DNA from: Octopus sinensis
Taxonomy: Eukaryota
Assembly (NCBI RefSeq): GCF_006345805.1
Contig: NC_042999.1
Coordinates: 30,814,001-30,878,000 of the forward strand
Direction of reading: 5' to 3'
Length of the DNA: 64,000 bases
This document shows positions 25,436-39,208 of this stretch, piece by piece (position 1 is the first letter of the stretch; each line of letters begins with the position of its first letter). The notes under the pieces were generated by a model. It saw only the letters and a program-made list of their open reading frames with translations, had not been told where the DNA came from and did not search any database. The translations under genes and the position numbers were made by a program.

Positions 25436-25853
25436 TCTTTACTCTCTTTTACTCTTTTACTCGTTTCAGTCATCCGACTGCGGCCATGCTGGAGCACCGG
25501 CTTTAATCGAGCAACGCGACCCCGGGACTTATTCTTTTGTAAGCCCAGTACTTATTCTATCGGTCTCTTTTGCCGAACCGCTTAGTAACGGGAACATAAA
25601 CACACTAGCATCGGTTGTCAAGCAATGCTAGGGGGACAAACACACATACACAAACCCCCCCGCATATATATATATATATATACATATATACGACGGGCTT
25701 CTTTCAGTTTCCGTCTACCAAATCCACTCACAAGGCTTTGGTCAGCCCGAGGCTATAGTAGAAGACATTTGCCCAAGGTGCCATGCAATGGGACTGAACC
25801 CGGAGCCGTGTGGTTGGTAAACAAGCTACTTACCACACAGCCACTCCTGCGCC
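25436..25853 (-). mobile_element. Full-length SINE family A
   Basis: Reverse-complement match, including the GGCGCAGGAGTGGCTGTGTGGTAAG head. Confidence 0.92.
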
Positions 25854-26059
25854 TAATTCTAGATTTATTTAAATTATCTCTGCTTCTTAAGAGGATAGAT
25901 CAGGTGAGTGTTGGCAGTTCATACCTTCCCCGTGTTTACTCCATACTGAAATTATAGTATTTTAATTTATTGAACACTGGAACTTGAAGTTGTAATTTAG
26001 ATATTCGTTCGCTTACCATTTTTTGAACGATTGCAAAACATGGAATGCATAATTTGGTT

Positions 26060-26945
26060 TGTATATCAGGTCACTTACGAGGCTTTCATAAGTGCTACTG
26101 GTAACATGGAATCTAGTACAACCTGCTGCACGGTTGGGTTGCCGGCCACTAAACCGGCACCCCACACAAAGCTGCCCTGGTGAGGAAAGTTGCTAGAAAC
26201 CCAGCGGGATTAAAAGCAAGACGTTTTGAAAGGTCGGATGAACCTAGTGAAAGCTCAACGGCTATTTAGCAATAGCAAGAGTACTCAGAAATTCCGGGAT
26301 GGTGTCCGGGGTGCTGAAAGACCACTCGGACTGCTGAAACACTGGGATATGCTACTGCCAGACGGAGACTGGTTTGATGAAAATGAAGCTCAAGTTCAGC
26401 GACTATCGGCTGTAAAGCGCCGTGCCCACAACGTACTACTGCACAGAGGACTTTCAGCTGTGCAACGAAATCCAGCATTTGCTCACTATAACAGTGTAAA
26501 ATCACTATTGCAGCGATCTCTCAGGAAGATGCAGAACACTTAACTGGAGGGTCTTGCTCGTGATGTTCAGGCTGCTGCTGATGCAAATGACTTTACCATC
26601 TTGTGAAGCAAGTTTATGGGCCTAAGAGCTCCGTATCAGCTCCTTTGCTACCCAAGGAGTCTTCTACTCAGTTTACTAAATCAACAGATATCACAGGTTG
26701 TTGGATTGAACACTTCTCTGAACTCCTAAACCATGAGTCAGTTGTGGATGAAACAGTGATTGATACTATCCCAAAATGACCTATCATTAGCTCCTTAAAT
26801 TGCCCTCCTGAATTGATGAGGTTATGACATCAATCCTGGAAAGGATGGAATTTGTGCTGAGGTATTTTGATTTGGTGGTGATTACATCATACAGTCCCTT
26901 CATGAATTTATTAGTACAGTTTAGAGGGATGGTGCAATGCAATGC
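26060..26945 (+). mobile_element. RTE-clade LINE internal fragment (EN-RT linker), decayed
   Basis: ORF 26226-26543 with DWFDENEAQVQRL and QRSLRKMQN, then V/IYGP, WIEHFSELLN and PGKDGICAEVF motifs typical of RTE ORFs. Ends at (TATG)n. Confidence 0.8.
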
Positions 26946-26954
26946 CTCAATTAC

Positions 26955-26985
<31 letters not shown>

Positions 26986-27014
26986 TGTATGTAGTATGTA
27001 TGTATGTATGTATG

Positions 27015-27042
<28 letters not shown>

Positions 27043-27045
<3 letters not shown>

Positions 27046-27220
27046 GTGTGTTGTTACGTTTACGTCCCCGTAACGTGTAGTTCGGCAAAGGAGTCTGATA
27101 AAATGAGTACGGTTTTACAAAAAAAAAAAAACAGATACTGGGGTTGGTTCGTTCGACTGAAATTCTTCAAAGTGGTCCCCGAGCTTGGCCATAATCTAAT
27201 GACTGAAACAAACAGAAGGT
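27043..27220 (+). mobile_element. SINE family A 3' fragment
   Basis: TTTACGTCCCCGTAAC..GTTCGGCAAA...TAATGACTGAAACAA. Confidence 0.7.
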
Positions 27221-27504
27221 GAAAGATAAAGATATGCGGATAATAGAACGAATGTTTGTTTTGATAATGCTAATTAGAAAAGTTATCAAATGATAACAGC
27301 TGTTAACATGTAAGAAGAATATTAAGAATAAGTTGATATAAAACTATAAAGGAAAAGTAGAGAAAATATTATAAAGGGCATAAAAGATATGACCGTGTAT
27401 TTGAAAATATAATGAACTTAACATTTGCATCTATGTAAACAAAAATTCCTAATAACCCAAGCAGAATTATGTGCATTTAAATTCGCTAACGTTAAGGGTG
27501 GTCT

Positions 27505-27835
27505 CTTATATTTTACTTCTTTCAGTCATTAAGTTGCTGCTATTCTGGGACACCGCCTGGAACAATTTTTGCCAAAAGAAGCAACCTCCAATACATTTTT
27601 CAAGCCTGTTACTTATTGTATCGCTTTGTCTGTTTTGCCCAACCGCTAAGTGATGCAAAGGTAAACAAACCAATACCAGTTGTCAGGCGAGTCTCTTTCA
27701 GTTTCTTTCTACCAATCCATACACAAGGTTTTAGATGGCCATAGGCTATAGTAGAAAACTTATTCAAAGGTGTCATAGAGGGTAACCTAACTCGGAAACA
27801 TGTGGTTGGGATCAAACTTATTACTACACAGCAGC
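27505..27835 (-). mobile_element. SINE family A, old degenerate copy
   Basis: Reverse-complement similarity across tail, core and head. Confidence 0.65.
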
Positions 27836-28499
27836 ATATACTAAATTTTCGAACATTCAACTGTAAATAGTACTCGGTGAAAATTAGATGTACCTATCAT
27901 AATAGATGTTGGATAGTGAGTATTATGATTTGCAACTAAAGTCTCCACATCTTTCTTATCTTTCTTTTAAGCCATGGCTGTCGTCATAAACCATGAATAA
28001 TTCCTCTGTGGAATAATAGGTGCCTTGTAAAATTGAAAAATTCTACCATATGTATATGGAGAAGCGTATTCAAGACACGACGAATCACTCTCAGATCACG
28101 TAGATCTTTTTTTTTTTTTTAAGTTTCAGCTCAGAGCTGCAGCCATGCTGATGCACCGCCGTTATTTATTTTAATTATATATGCTAGGAAACGCTAATAT
28201 AAATGTTTTTCCGAAATCTTAAATATATGAATATAATGATAAATTCAAGCATTAAAGCAATTATTTTATTATCCTCGGTTATTTCTGAATACACTTATTC
28301 TGGTTTAAACCTAATCGAAATTTAACTCAATCTATTAGAGTCTTCCAATGAAAATCTCTGTTAAGGGACAATACTTTTATAAGTAGGAAATGATATTACT
28401 TTATTGTCTTAAAAATGGAAATTTCACATTGAAATATATAACAATACAGAAGGGATGGTCATGATTAGAATGCCTCTGATCATGGTTTTCTTCGACTAT

Positions 28500-29480
28500 G
28501 TTCACAACGGTAAATAGCAACAACACCAATATCATAACATATACTCTAGCTCAACACTTTGAAACTGTAAAGCCTGTATTATGGTTATCCTTATATATTT
28601 AGTATATATTTGTACATTTACTTATCCAGCCCTTTCGATTTATCAGTTGTCTTCATACTTAGATCTTCCATTTCAATGACATGTGATCCCAAGCTGGTTA
28701 ATTTACGTTTGTCCTTGTACTCCTGGTATTTAGTTCAGATGATATATTACTTGGGTTCAGCATATTTGATTTATGAGCAGAAATGATCTTTATGCACTTA
28801 ACTTATTAATTTCCATGCGGATTGAAATATCTAATAGGAGTAGATATTCACATGAAGAAGCAGTGATCTGCTAGTGCTGCATAAAAACATTATTTTCTGT
28901 GAATACTGAACTGACATAAATAGATATCAAAACAAGTGTATATCAATTTCACATCAAACATATGAAATTCGTCCTTCTTCCGTTTTGAATAATTTATGTA
29001 TTCTGTTTGATGTGTGTTGAGAATATATTTCCTTCCATTAGTAATGATTATAATGGTATTTCACAAAGATTCTTTATGATCTACGTTTCCTTAAAGCTTG
29101 ATGAATCATTCCTGGTATTTTCATATCAAATACCTTCAAGTATTCCTCAGGTCGGTTGCGGGTTCAATCTCACGGCAATGCAAATTCTGCAAGTTTTCTA
29201 GCTTAGATCGACCACACCATTTCAAAGTGAAGTTGAAAAGATAGAATTTTTACTGAAGCGAATCCGAAGATATGATTTTTTTTTCTTTTTTCGATACCCT
29301 TAATCAATCACACTATTTCATAGGACCATTTGGTCATTGTATATCTTTAAAATGGAGACCACTATGCTCCAAGCATTGAGGTAGATCTCTGCTATGAGAA
29401 CACCTCCTCTAGCGGACTTCAAAAGGTTCACAGCTTCTATCATTTCTTCTCTGTTAATATTATTAAAAATACTTCTGATA
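28500..29480 (-). pseudogene. Decayed non-LTR RT fragment
   Basis: Minus-strand INREEMIEAVNLLKSARGGVLIAEIY (pre-RT EEV..A..LK..KA.G.D motif) and HQALRKRRS (Q.GFR..RS-like). Clade not assignable. Confidence 0.4.
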
Positions 29481-30388
29481 TACAGGAACACACATAAACG
29501 TGAATAACTTTCAATACTGAATTCTGCTAAGTTGAAACCTTAATATTTCGCTAATAAAAACATTCATAGTTTCTAATCTATTTAGTGTGCACTTGGGGAA
29601 TAGAGGTTTCATACCTTGAAGTGCTAAAATATAACAGTTCTCGTACAAATGTCAAAATTTCCGGAAATTAGCTAGCTTTATGTATAGTTAATGGGAAGTT
29701 ATCATGCTGTGTTAAATTGAAAACGGTCATAATTGGCTTATATTTCCATAGGTGCTTTGATACCCAAACTTAAGCGAAGTAGAGAAATCTTCTGAGAACT
29801 ACAACACCGACAATTTATCGAAATGTTTAAATTGCATGTAAAATTACGAAATTTATTATGAAAATGATTTCAGTCAATTAACCATCTTTATCATGTGTTT
29901 GGGATAAAATTATTGCAAACTGTAAAGATTAGAGATTTGAGAGCTCTGATACAGAAATTTTTATTACAATCACATTAATCGTAATATCAAACTCGTTGAA
30001 TGTTATAGCGAAACACTAAGTGGTCATTTGCACTGGCCACTAAGCTAAAGTTAACTTCTGCAAGGAAAATCATAAAGGTCACCTCATTTCATTATGCTGT
30101 ATACTACAGCATATCAAGACGATAAATTGTACTGTGGTCGATAAAAGTCAATATTTTTATGGGACACATCTTCTTAATGTCAACTTCAATTTGATTTATA
30201 TTCAAAGTTAATGACAATACTTCTGCTTTCTAAATTTCATTATTTCATTGAATATATAATTGTTGTTTATTCAAATTGCAGCTAATCGCTTCTTCCATGT
30301 TATCTAACCCTTGAAAGCTTGAGATTTACAAACTTTAGTTTTAAAATCAAAGTGAATTTCTCTTATGTTAAAAGAATAATTGAACAAA

Positions 30389-30964
30389 GGCGGCGAGCTG
30401 GCAGAATCGTTAGTATGCCGGGCGAAATGCTTTGTGGTATTTCGTCCGCTGCTGCGTTCTGATTTCACATTTCGCCGAGGTCGACTTTGCCTTTCATCCT
30501 TTCTGGGTCGATAAATTAAGTACCAGTTTCGCACTGGGTCGAATCGATTTCATCCGTTTGTCTGTCCTTGTATTCCCTCTCTGTGTTTAGCCCCTTGTGG
30601 GTAGCATAGAAATGGGTATTTTCGTATGTCTTTACGTTCTGAGTTTAAACTCCGCCGAGGTCGACTTTGCCTTTCTTCCTTTCCGGGTCGATTAAATAAG
30701 TACCAGTTACAAACTGGAGTCGATATAATCAACTTAATCCGTTTGTTTTTCTTGTTTGTACTCTCTGTGTTTTGCCCCTTGTGGGTAGTAAAGAAATAGG
30801 TATTTCGTCTGCCGTTACGTTCTGAGTTCAAATTCCGCCGAGGTAGACTTTGCCTTTCATTCTTTTGGCTCGATAAATTAAGTAGCAGTTGCGTACTGGG
30901 GTCGATCTAATCGACTGGCCTCTTTCCCATATATTTCGGACCTTGTGCCTAGAGCAGAAAAGAA
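30389..30964 (+). mobile_element. SINE family B (MetaSINE-like) with three tandem body repeats
   Basis: One GGCGGCGAGCTGGCAG head, and the GTATTTCGTC..GAGTTCAAATTCCGCCGAGGTCGACTTTGCCTTTC block three times. Degenerate 16-bp TSD: AAGAATAATTGAACAA / AAGAACAATTCAACAA. Confidence 0.9.
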
Positions 30965-31930
30965 AAGAACAATTCAACAATATATGAAACTTGAGCTTCG
31001 ATTCATTTACCGAGTTTAATATATGGAGGCACAATAACGAATATCACAGCCTCTAAGCTTTGATACTTCTTCAGAAACATAAAATTACTTTAAATTTAGA
31101 GTCGTGAGTGTTCTTGACTCATCAAGGGGCAGTTTCTCTAGCTTATTTTTCCTTAACTGCAGTATATTTCAGAAATAGAAATATTTCGACGCACTTATAC
31201 ATGAAGTCAAATTATATTTTTACAAAATAAATTTGTGTTTTATACAATAAATGTGTGTGTGTGTGTGCGTGTATATAACAAACTCATAAAAAAACTAATT
31301 ACTTACAACGGTATTTGTCAAATGAAATATTGATACCAATAAGAAATATGGACTTGCTTTGGAGTGATATTTTCCTCTTCTTTGACTTGCGACAGACACG
31401 CAATCGATCTAATTTCAGTTCAATTGAGTATTCCCATTCAGTGAACAGGATGTCAATGAATGATAAAAATCCCATTTCACATAAGTGTAATGTAGAAAAA
31501 TGATTTAATTTTTTTTTTAAATGAAGCTAAACAAGTGAAAATATAATATCTTAGTCGATAACTTTGCATGATTGATTCTAAATGTGCGATCACCGGATAC
31601 AAAATCCAAACTAATGTACGACAAAATTTTTAAAACCATCATAATTGTCTACAATTAATTATGGCTAATAAAACAAATAATTTTTCTTCCCAATATTTCT
31701 TAAATGTCGGAAGAGATTTCAAAATCGTCATATCAGTACTGATTTTTCAAATTCCAATATTTAGTTAAATGTAATCAATTTATAGGTCGAAGTGAGCATA
31801 TTTTTGTTACACTTCCATACTTGTGTTCGCGCAAGTATGACAGTAGCACAAGCATTGCCATCAGAGTGGTTTTCGTGGTAGTTTATGCAATATATATTGT
31901 TTGTTTTTTCAAATATATATATATATATAT

Positions 31931-32224
31931 ATCACCGTGATCAACGTGACCGACCAGGCTATCAGATGTTGCTACACATCGCTAGTCACAATGCGCATCG
32001 CATTGTATTAGCCTTCAAATGACGCCACCCCACTGGCTAAGCGAGCAGGCCAACAGCAGAAAGAGAGAGAAAGTTGTGGCGAAAGAGTGCAGCAGGGATT
32101 GCCACCACAAGCCGCCGGAGCCTCGTGGCTTCGCTCAATAAACACTCACAACGTCCGATCTGGGAATCGAAACCGCTATCCTACGACCGCGAGTCCGCTG
32201 CCAAAAACACTGGGTCATTGCGCC
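31931..32224 (-). mobile_element. Full-length tRNA-derived SINE, family C, in (TA)n
   Basis: Minus-strand head GGCGCAATGACCCAGTG..GCAGCGGACTCGCGGTCGTAGGATAGCGGTTTCGATTCCC (tRNA-like A/B boxes). Its 3' module is shared with 5357, 40181 and 40358. Confidence 0.85.
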
Positions 32225-32251
32225 TCCACACACACACACAAATATATATAT

Positions 32252-32323
<72 letters not shown>

Positions 32324-32394
32324 TATCCATACTAAGATAATTCATTCAACTACTTATATATATATGTATGTATATATGTATGTATGTATATAAA

Positions 32395-32580
32395 CATTTC
32401 ACTTGTTTCAATCATTAAATTGTGGCCATGATAGAGCACCACCTTGAATGGTTTTAGTCGAACAAATCAACCTCAGTACGTAAGTGTACACTTTTTAATA
32501 TCCGGTACTTACTCCATAGCTTTTTTTCGTCGAACAGCTAAATTACAGGTATGTAAATAAACCAAAACCATTTGTCAAGT
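32395..32580 (-). mobile_element. SINE family A 3' fragment
   Basis: CACTTGTTTCAATCATT..GGCCATGATAGAGCACCACC..TTTAGTCGAACAAATC. Confidence 0.65.
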
Positions 32581-32699
32581 ATCATCGTATACATATAACC
32601 GTAAATTTAACCAGGAGAAGAAACATAACCTGGTATAAGGCTCCTAAAGTATTTTGCTAATATTTAAAATGTTTCTTTTAATATTCTAAATAAAACTTT

Positions 32700-33560
32700 T
32701 AAACACAAATCCCATATCATTTTGTGGTATAAGATACCCGGCAAAATTTTTATACTTTACAATACCGAAGCTTGCAGATAACCTTCACTACTTAGATATG
32801 GCAAAATGCAACAAATGAATTGACGTTCCTGTACTGGCCTTGACATAAATTCTCTTTATCGTTTATATATATTACAACATACCCTTAATCAAGGTGAAAT
32901 TGTTAATGCTCACTCCCTGGTATCGAGTAAATAGAAATGAATCAAATACTTTATAATAGGAATTGTAACTGTGGCTATTCAATAAACAGCGAAAATGCTG
33001 ATTCGTAGATTAATAAGATAAACCACTCTATTAAAGGGGACAGTAACATATCATTCCGTATTGAACGATCTCCTATTTTAAATAACCAGATAAGCAGTTT
33101 TATGAGATCGTCAAAATGAGCTAGTTTTATAAATATACACGCAAATAACTCAAAGGGTCAAGAGGCCATCTGAGAAAGAAAAATACTGCTCTAAAACACC
33201 ACGAATTCTAAGCCAAGAACCTACGCAATTTAAGTGTATCCATTAACTGTCCCTTCTTATAGATGCCTGTCAGGCAATGTAATGCTTAAATGCAATTCCA
33301 TAACTCAAAAAAAAAAACGTAGATATTACATAAGTTGTACATCAAATATATCAAAATGCTGATAAAGTATGCATACATATACATTTAATAACAAGGCTTT
33401 GCATAAGACAAATTCTATAACAAAACATATACGGGGTATCAAATCTAAAGGAACTGCATTAAAACTGCAATACAGTATCTTCAGAACAACGCCTGCATAT
33501 TCAGCAAAAAAGAAAGAAAAAACATGGTAGGCTTTGTGCAACAGAAATATTCAAAATAAT
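32700..33560 (-). pseudogene. Decayed PLE-like RT remnant (possibly Naiad-type)
   Basis: Minus-strand DLIKLLIWLFKIGDRSIR...DMLLSPLIE...YESAF resembles the F.IGD..Q..G..MG..SP region of PLE RTs. Weak. Confidence 0.3.
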
Positions 33561-34194
33561 TTTTAGCAAGTAAACCTTACTTAACAGAGAATTTAAAGAT
33601 TAATAATTGTAAGCACAATTTTTGTTAATCTTTCAGTGTTTCTGTCGTAATCATTCCAGGTAAACTGATAACCAGAACACGGCTGAGAAACACTACAGAG
33701 AAACAATTTCTCCACGAACCAAAATAATATAGTGTAAAAAACACACTGTACATTTACCGGAACCGTAAATAACTGGACTTTATATGTTTGTCTATTAAAA
33801 TAATTTGCGTAAACAGTGTAAACAATTTAATTAAGAATCTACCTCTGGAAGGTAAAAATCTGCATAAGCGTATTGGTACGAGTTGTAGTTTTCTTTTTCT
33901 AGCACCAGTCCGGATACTTATTGATCAGACATTATATTAGCATGCGGCTCATATTTACCCCAAAGACGAACGTAAGAACATTTTGCGACGCTACTACCGC
34001 TGCGGTATGATATTTCTCTGCTACTCATATGTTTCTGTGGTTATATTTTTCAACATTTTACGTCTATAGGAGAAATAGTCAAAGAGCGAATAACGCCGTA
34101 AATTACTTCTTCAGGTTGGTAGTTACGTTCTGTATGATACACTGCTCTTTTAAATTAAAGCTTTTTCTGTTTCTCTTGTGCATCTCTTGCTTAT

Positions 34195-34449
34195 GAAGTG
34201 AACGTGAAAGTGGCTGAGCACTCCACAGAAACATGTACTCTTAATGAAATTCTTAGGGAAATTCAGCGTGACACAGAGGGTGACAAGAATGGCCCTTTTG
34301 AAATACAGGTACTATTCATTTTTGACAGCTGAGTGGACTGGGGCAGTGTGGAATGAAGTGTCTTGTTCAAGGACGCAACGCGTCACCGGAAATTCGACTA
34401 ACGACCTTACGATCGTGAGTCGAATGCCCTAACCACTAACCCACGCGCC

Positions 34450-34452
<3 letters not shown>
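34195..34452 (-). mobile_element. tRNA-derived SINE, family D (CORE-like domain)
   Basis: Minus-strand head GGCGCGTGGGTTAGTGGTTAGGGCATTCGACTCACGATCG, then GTCCTTGAACAAGACACTTCATT..CCAGTCCACTCAGCTG. Confidence 0.75.
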
Positions 34453-34486
<34 letters not shown>

Positions 34487-34538
34487 TATATATACATATA
34501 TATACATACATGCCTACATATATATATATACATATATA

Positions 34539-37040
34539 TCTCATACATAAATCCCGTTCTGTCTGTCTGTTTGTGCGCTTATAACTCGAGTATTGTTCAT
34601 CCTATCGCGCTGATATTTTAAACATGGATGCATGAGAGAGTGCGTCGTTCGGTATTTTAAATAGACTGTCAAAACTGTAAGTTTCAAAATAAGAATCGCT
34701 ATTTTTGTGATCTTTTTATCCTGTTTCTTCTGCTATTAAAAACAAGGAATTCTTCAGATAGCCGGCACATACAATTTCGCTGGCAACAAGGGGAGTACAG
34801 GATGACTGTCAGCCAAAACCATCGCTATGCTGTCTCTTTTCTCTCCTCTCTCTGTCTCTCTTATGATGTCCGATTCCACTTGAAGTTGTATATATATTGT
34901 GTTAAGATTCGTTATCAATTATCCCTATTTAGAAGAAACAGTCAAAAGTTACCACCACAAAACAATCACCAAACATCTCTACTACTTAACACCGTCCAAG
35001 TTAACCCCCTTCACCTTTACAGCTGACTTGAAAAACTACGAGGAAAAGGCAACCATTTAAATTATGCAAAAATTAGAAAATATTTATTTCTATTAAAATT
35101 CGTAAAATTTTGGGGTTAATAATCTTAATCTTTAGTTGCAATTTCTCATTCACACTACATAATGGGAAGAATTATAGAATTAGGTCTGTAGGGTGTTTGA
35201 AGGAGATTTGGCTGCCATTTTTCCTAGATATAGCTACCAAGCAGAGGTCTCCCTCATTGGCTCGTACATACATATATACATAAAATGCTTAAACCAATAG
35301 GCGTCAAAATACAAAAGCCAAGGTCCATGCAATGTCATTGGCCAAAGAAATTTCCAACTTCTTGCCTAGTGCGAGCGCAGAGCAATCTCTTATCTTTGAC
35401 ACTATTTCAGTATTACGTCTCTATTTTAATGTGAGATAATGCGTTCAATTTGAAAGAAGTCTGTCCAATATATAAATATTCCTTATGCATTCCAAAACCG
35501 TGTTACAGATTTTGACGTACGGTGTATGAAAAGATTCAGTACTATTTTGGCTATAAACTAAACTTAATTTCCATTCACATACTTGCATTTCCAAAATTTA
35601 ACACTATAATCGTTTCCATAAATCAACTATCGTAAACATTTTATACGATGACGTCACATTTTCGAAATGTGTGTGTACCTTAAAAGACATAAATCATCAC
35701 GACAAACGCCGTAACTCAGTCACTCTGTTTCTCTTTCTCACGCTCTTTCTCTCTCACACAAACACGCACACACACAAACACGTTAATTTCATATAGACGT
35801 ACATACGTCTCTCACTTTCTTTCTCTGTCTTTTTCGCTTTCTCTTCTTTCAATTTCTGCTCACTTCAATTAAATTTTTACAGAATGAGCAGGTAAAACCC
35901 AAAATGAGCCACCTCAGCAGAATGGTGTTATTCTATTTGGTTAATTCATACTGCATACAAAATTAAAAACATACTACATACATAGAAGTGCTTACAAAAA
36001 AAGGGTTTAATGTATAATTTCTTTCTATGTTCATAATACTTTGTTCACAATATAGAAAACAATATGCCACGAAAGAAAAGATGTAATCTCTCCAGAAACA
36101 AATATAAAGAAAGGAGAAGTGCAGAAAACCGAAGGCGAGAGTCTGAAGAGAGAAGTGAGATGAGATTTTCTGAAGATCAGCAAATGCATGTTGTAGCATT
36201 TAATGCTGGATCATTAAATCAATGTTCTAATGAGTAGGCAGAGATAAAATTGAATAGCTCTCAGAAACAGACTACATACAAATTCGTTCTTCACAACTCT
36301 AAAAGCTGTTTTCAGATATGACCCATCCAATTCTTATTAAAATGCTAGCTTTGACCAAATTCGTGTGCTACACACAAATTGTCGTTTCAGCAGAGCTTTA
36401 AAATTTTCTAATGTAACAGATGGTATGTGCTGCTCAATTGGTCAGGTAACGGTACCATCACTACCAGCTCCTTCTCAACCTTTTATGGGTTTTCTACGCT
36501 GTGCTTCCATTCAGTATATGATTTTCCGAACAATATCAGACAATACAACTCTGCATTTCAAATGACATCGTTTGGTGCTTCTGAGAAGAGAGATAAACAT
36601 GAATTTACGCCGACGTCAAAGTTCAAGGGCAAGTCTGACATCTCATTGGGTCCCTGTTACCCACAAATGAACAATCACCACATTTAATTTATGAGTGATG
36701 TAGGAGAACAAACCCGAAGGAGGTGTTACAATTTCAGATGATGGGACGTGTCTGACACAGCGCTGACTGTTGCAAAAGAGAGTATATCCAATGACAGTTT
36801 TACGGTGTGTTCAAAAATCACATAACCACCACCCGCAATATTCCATAACAGGTTAGATCCTGAAATACTCCAAACAGACGCATAGCATTTTGCTAGTTGA
36901 ATTAGCCCTTCATGTACTCCACAAATGTTTTGCTGTCAATGCTACACTTTCCCATATCGACCTGTTTCAATGTAACTTTACAATATTATATACAAAATAT
37001 GCCATTTTGATCTCGAGCCAGCGCCGGGTATCTCTGCTAG
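34539..37040 (+). mobile_element. Internally deleted Helitron
   Basis: 5' end A|TCTCATACATAAA..GTCTGTCTGTTTG. 3' hairpin remnant CTCGAGCCAGCGCCGGG followed by CTAG|T at 37037-37041. Contains the RepHel N-terminal remnant. The 5' boundary is less certain than the 3' boundary. Confidence 0.6.
36064..36960 (+). pseudogene. Helitron RepHel N-terminal region, disrupted
   Basis: MPRKKRCNLSRN..., AVFRYDP, GMCCSIGQVTVPSLPAPSQP, NNIRQYNSAFQMTSFGA and KVQGQV..LIGSLLP are hallmark Helitron N-terminal motifs. Several frameshifts. Confidence 0.8.
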
Positions 37041-37047
37041 TGTATGC

Positions 37048-37262
<215 letters not shown>

Positions 37263-38338
37263 GATAGAGGACAGAAACATATATATATACATATATACAT
37301 TTATATATATTCATATATATACATCTATAGACATACATATATATACATACATATATATACATATATATACATACATATATATATACACACACACATATAT
37401 ATATACACATACATATATATATACACACACATATATACATGCATATATATATATATATAAATACATACATATATATACACACGCACACACACACACACAC
37501 ATATATATATATTTATATATGTATATATGCACTCATATTTGCCTACAGAAATCTATGCATGTATATGTGTATGCACGTATATGCGCCTCTCTTAATGTAC
37601 ATAACTATATACGTCCGTATACATATATGTAAGTGTGTGTGATTATGTGTGCCTTTGTGTCTATTATACAATATATAAATATACCTGTATATCTATGTAT
37701 ATATATATGTGTGTGTGTGTGTGTGTGCGCGCGCATATATACATACATACATATAAACACACATATATATATGTATATATATATGCATGTATGTATTTGC
37801 TTATGTTTGCGTGTATGTCTTTTATATTTATATACATACTTAAACGTGCTTGTATGTATGCGTGCGTACGCGTGTGGATGTGAGTGAGTGTGTGTGAGTG
37901 TATACACACTTATGTACGAATACATATAAAAATGCGATGATCTACAAAATATTGTAAAAATTTTCAGATTTTCAGTAATGATTCACAAGTATTCGCTTTA
38001 TATTCAATAGATATTTCAAATTATGTTTCAAAATGAAGGTGTCCGGAGGCAATACATATATTTCAATATTTAATAAGAACTGTCGTTGAAAATAAAACGA
38101 AGAACGTTGAGTGAATTCCTCGTGGCAGTTAGTTACGGCATTTTACATTCTGAATTCTAACCAAACATAGTCGTCATCACTCAGGGGCCGTTAAAAATGT
38201 ACGACGCTGTTTCAATTATAAAACACACGCGCACACACAATATATAAGAACGTGTGTGTATATACGTATATGTGTATGTATATATATACACATATACATA
38301 TATATATACCTATGTACGTATAAATACTTGTACATACA

Positions 38339-38380
<42 letters not shown>

Positions 38381-38503
38381 TACATATGTACACGTATATA
38401 TATATATATATATGTATATATATACATATGTATATATATACATATATATATACATATATATACACATACATATATATACATATATGCATACATATAAATA
38501 AAC

Positions 38504-38553
<50 letters not shown>

Positions 38554-38780
38554 GAATATATATGTACGTGGTACTCCGTCGTTTACGACGACGAGGGTTC
38601 CATTTGATCCGATCAATGGAACAGCCTTTTGATGACAAAACTCAGTAGTGCTCAAAGGAATCAAACTTAGACTCCGATGTGTTTACAGAGCATCGATTCT
38701 ACAACATAAAGACAAGCTATAGGAAGGATCAAATTGAGCGGATATAGAGGCAACTATGCGTGAAGAGAAATTATACACGT

Positions 38781-38810
<30 letters not shown>

Positions 38811-38811
<1 letters not shown>

Positions 38812-39208
38812 TAGCAGTATCGCCCGGCGTTGCTCGGGTTTGTAAGGAAAATAACTATATAAGCATTTTTAGAGTTATAGCCATAAAATAGCAAAAAAAT
38901 GCATTAAAAATAGAAATAAAATGATGGTAATTTTTTTTTTTTAATCGTTGACTCATCGTAGACATTTTTAGAGAGTTACTTCCCTTATATAATAGCGAAA
39001 AAATGCATTAAAATGGAAAAAAATTTATGGTAATTATTTTTTTAAACCGTAGACTCATCGTAGACGCTCGCTAATACCCAGAAGGGCTCGATATGAATCA
39101 CGACTATAAGATACCCGTTTTGGGTTAAACTGCACCGCAAAATGTGGGAGTAGTTAGGAATCTAAATCGTAGGAGACAGACACACAACCTTACTTTTATA
39201 TATAAAGA
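38811..39208 (-). mobile_element. Complete non-autonomous Helitron (398 bp)
   Basis: On the minus strand: A|TCTTTATATATAAAAG 5' end, CCCG-AGCAACGC-CGGG hairpin, CTAG|T 3' end. Inserted in AT with no TSD. Has an internal ~100-bp tandem duplication. Confidence 0.88.
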
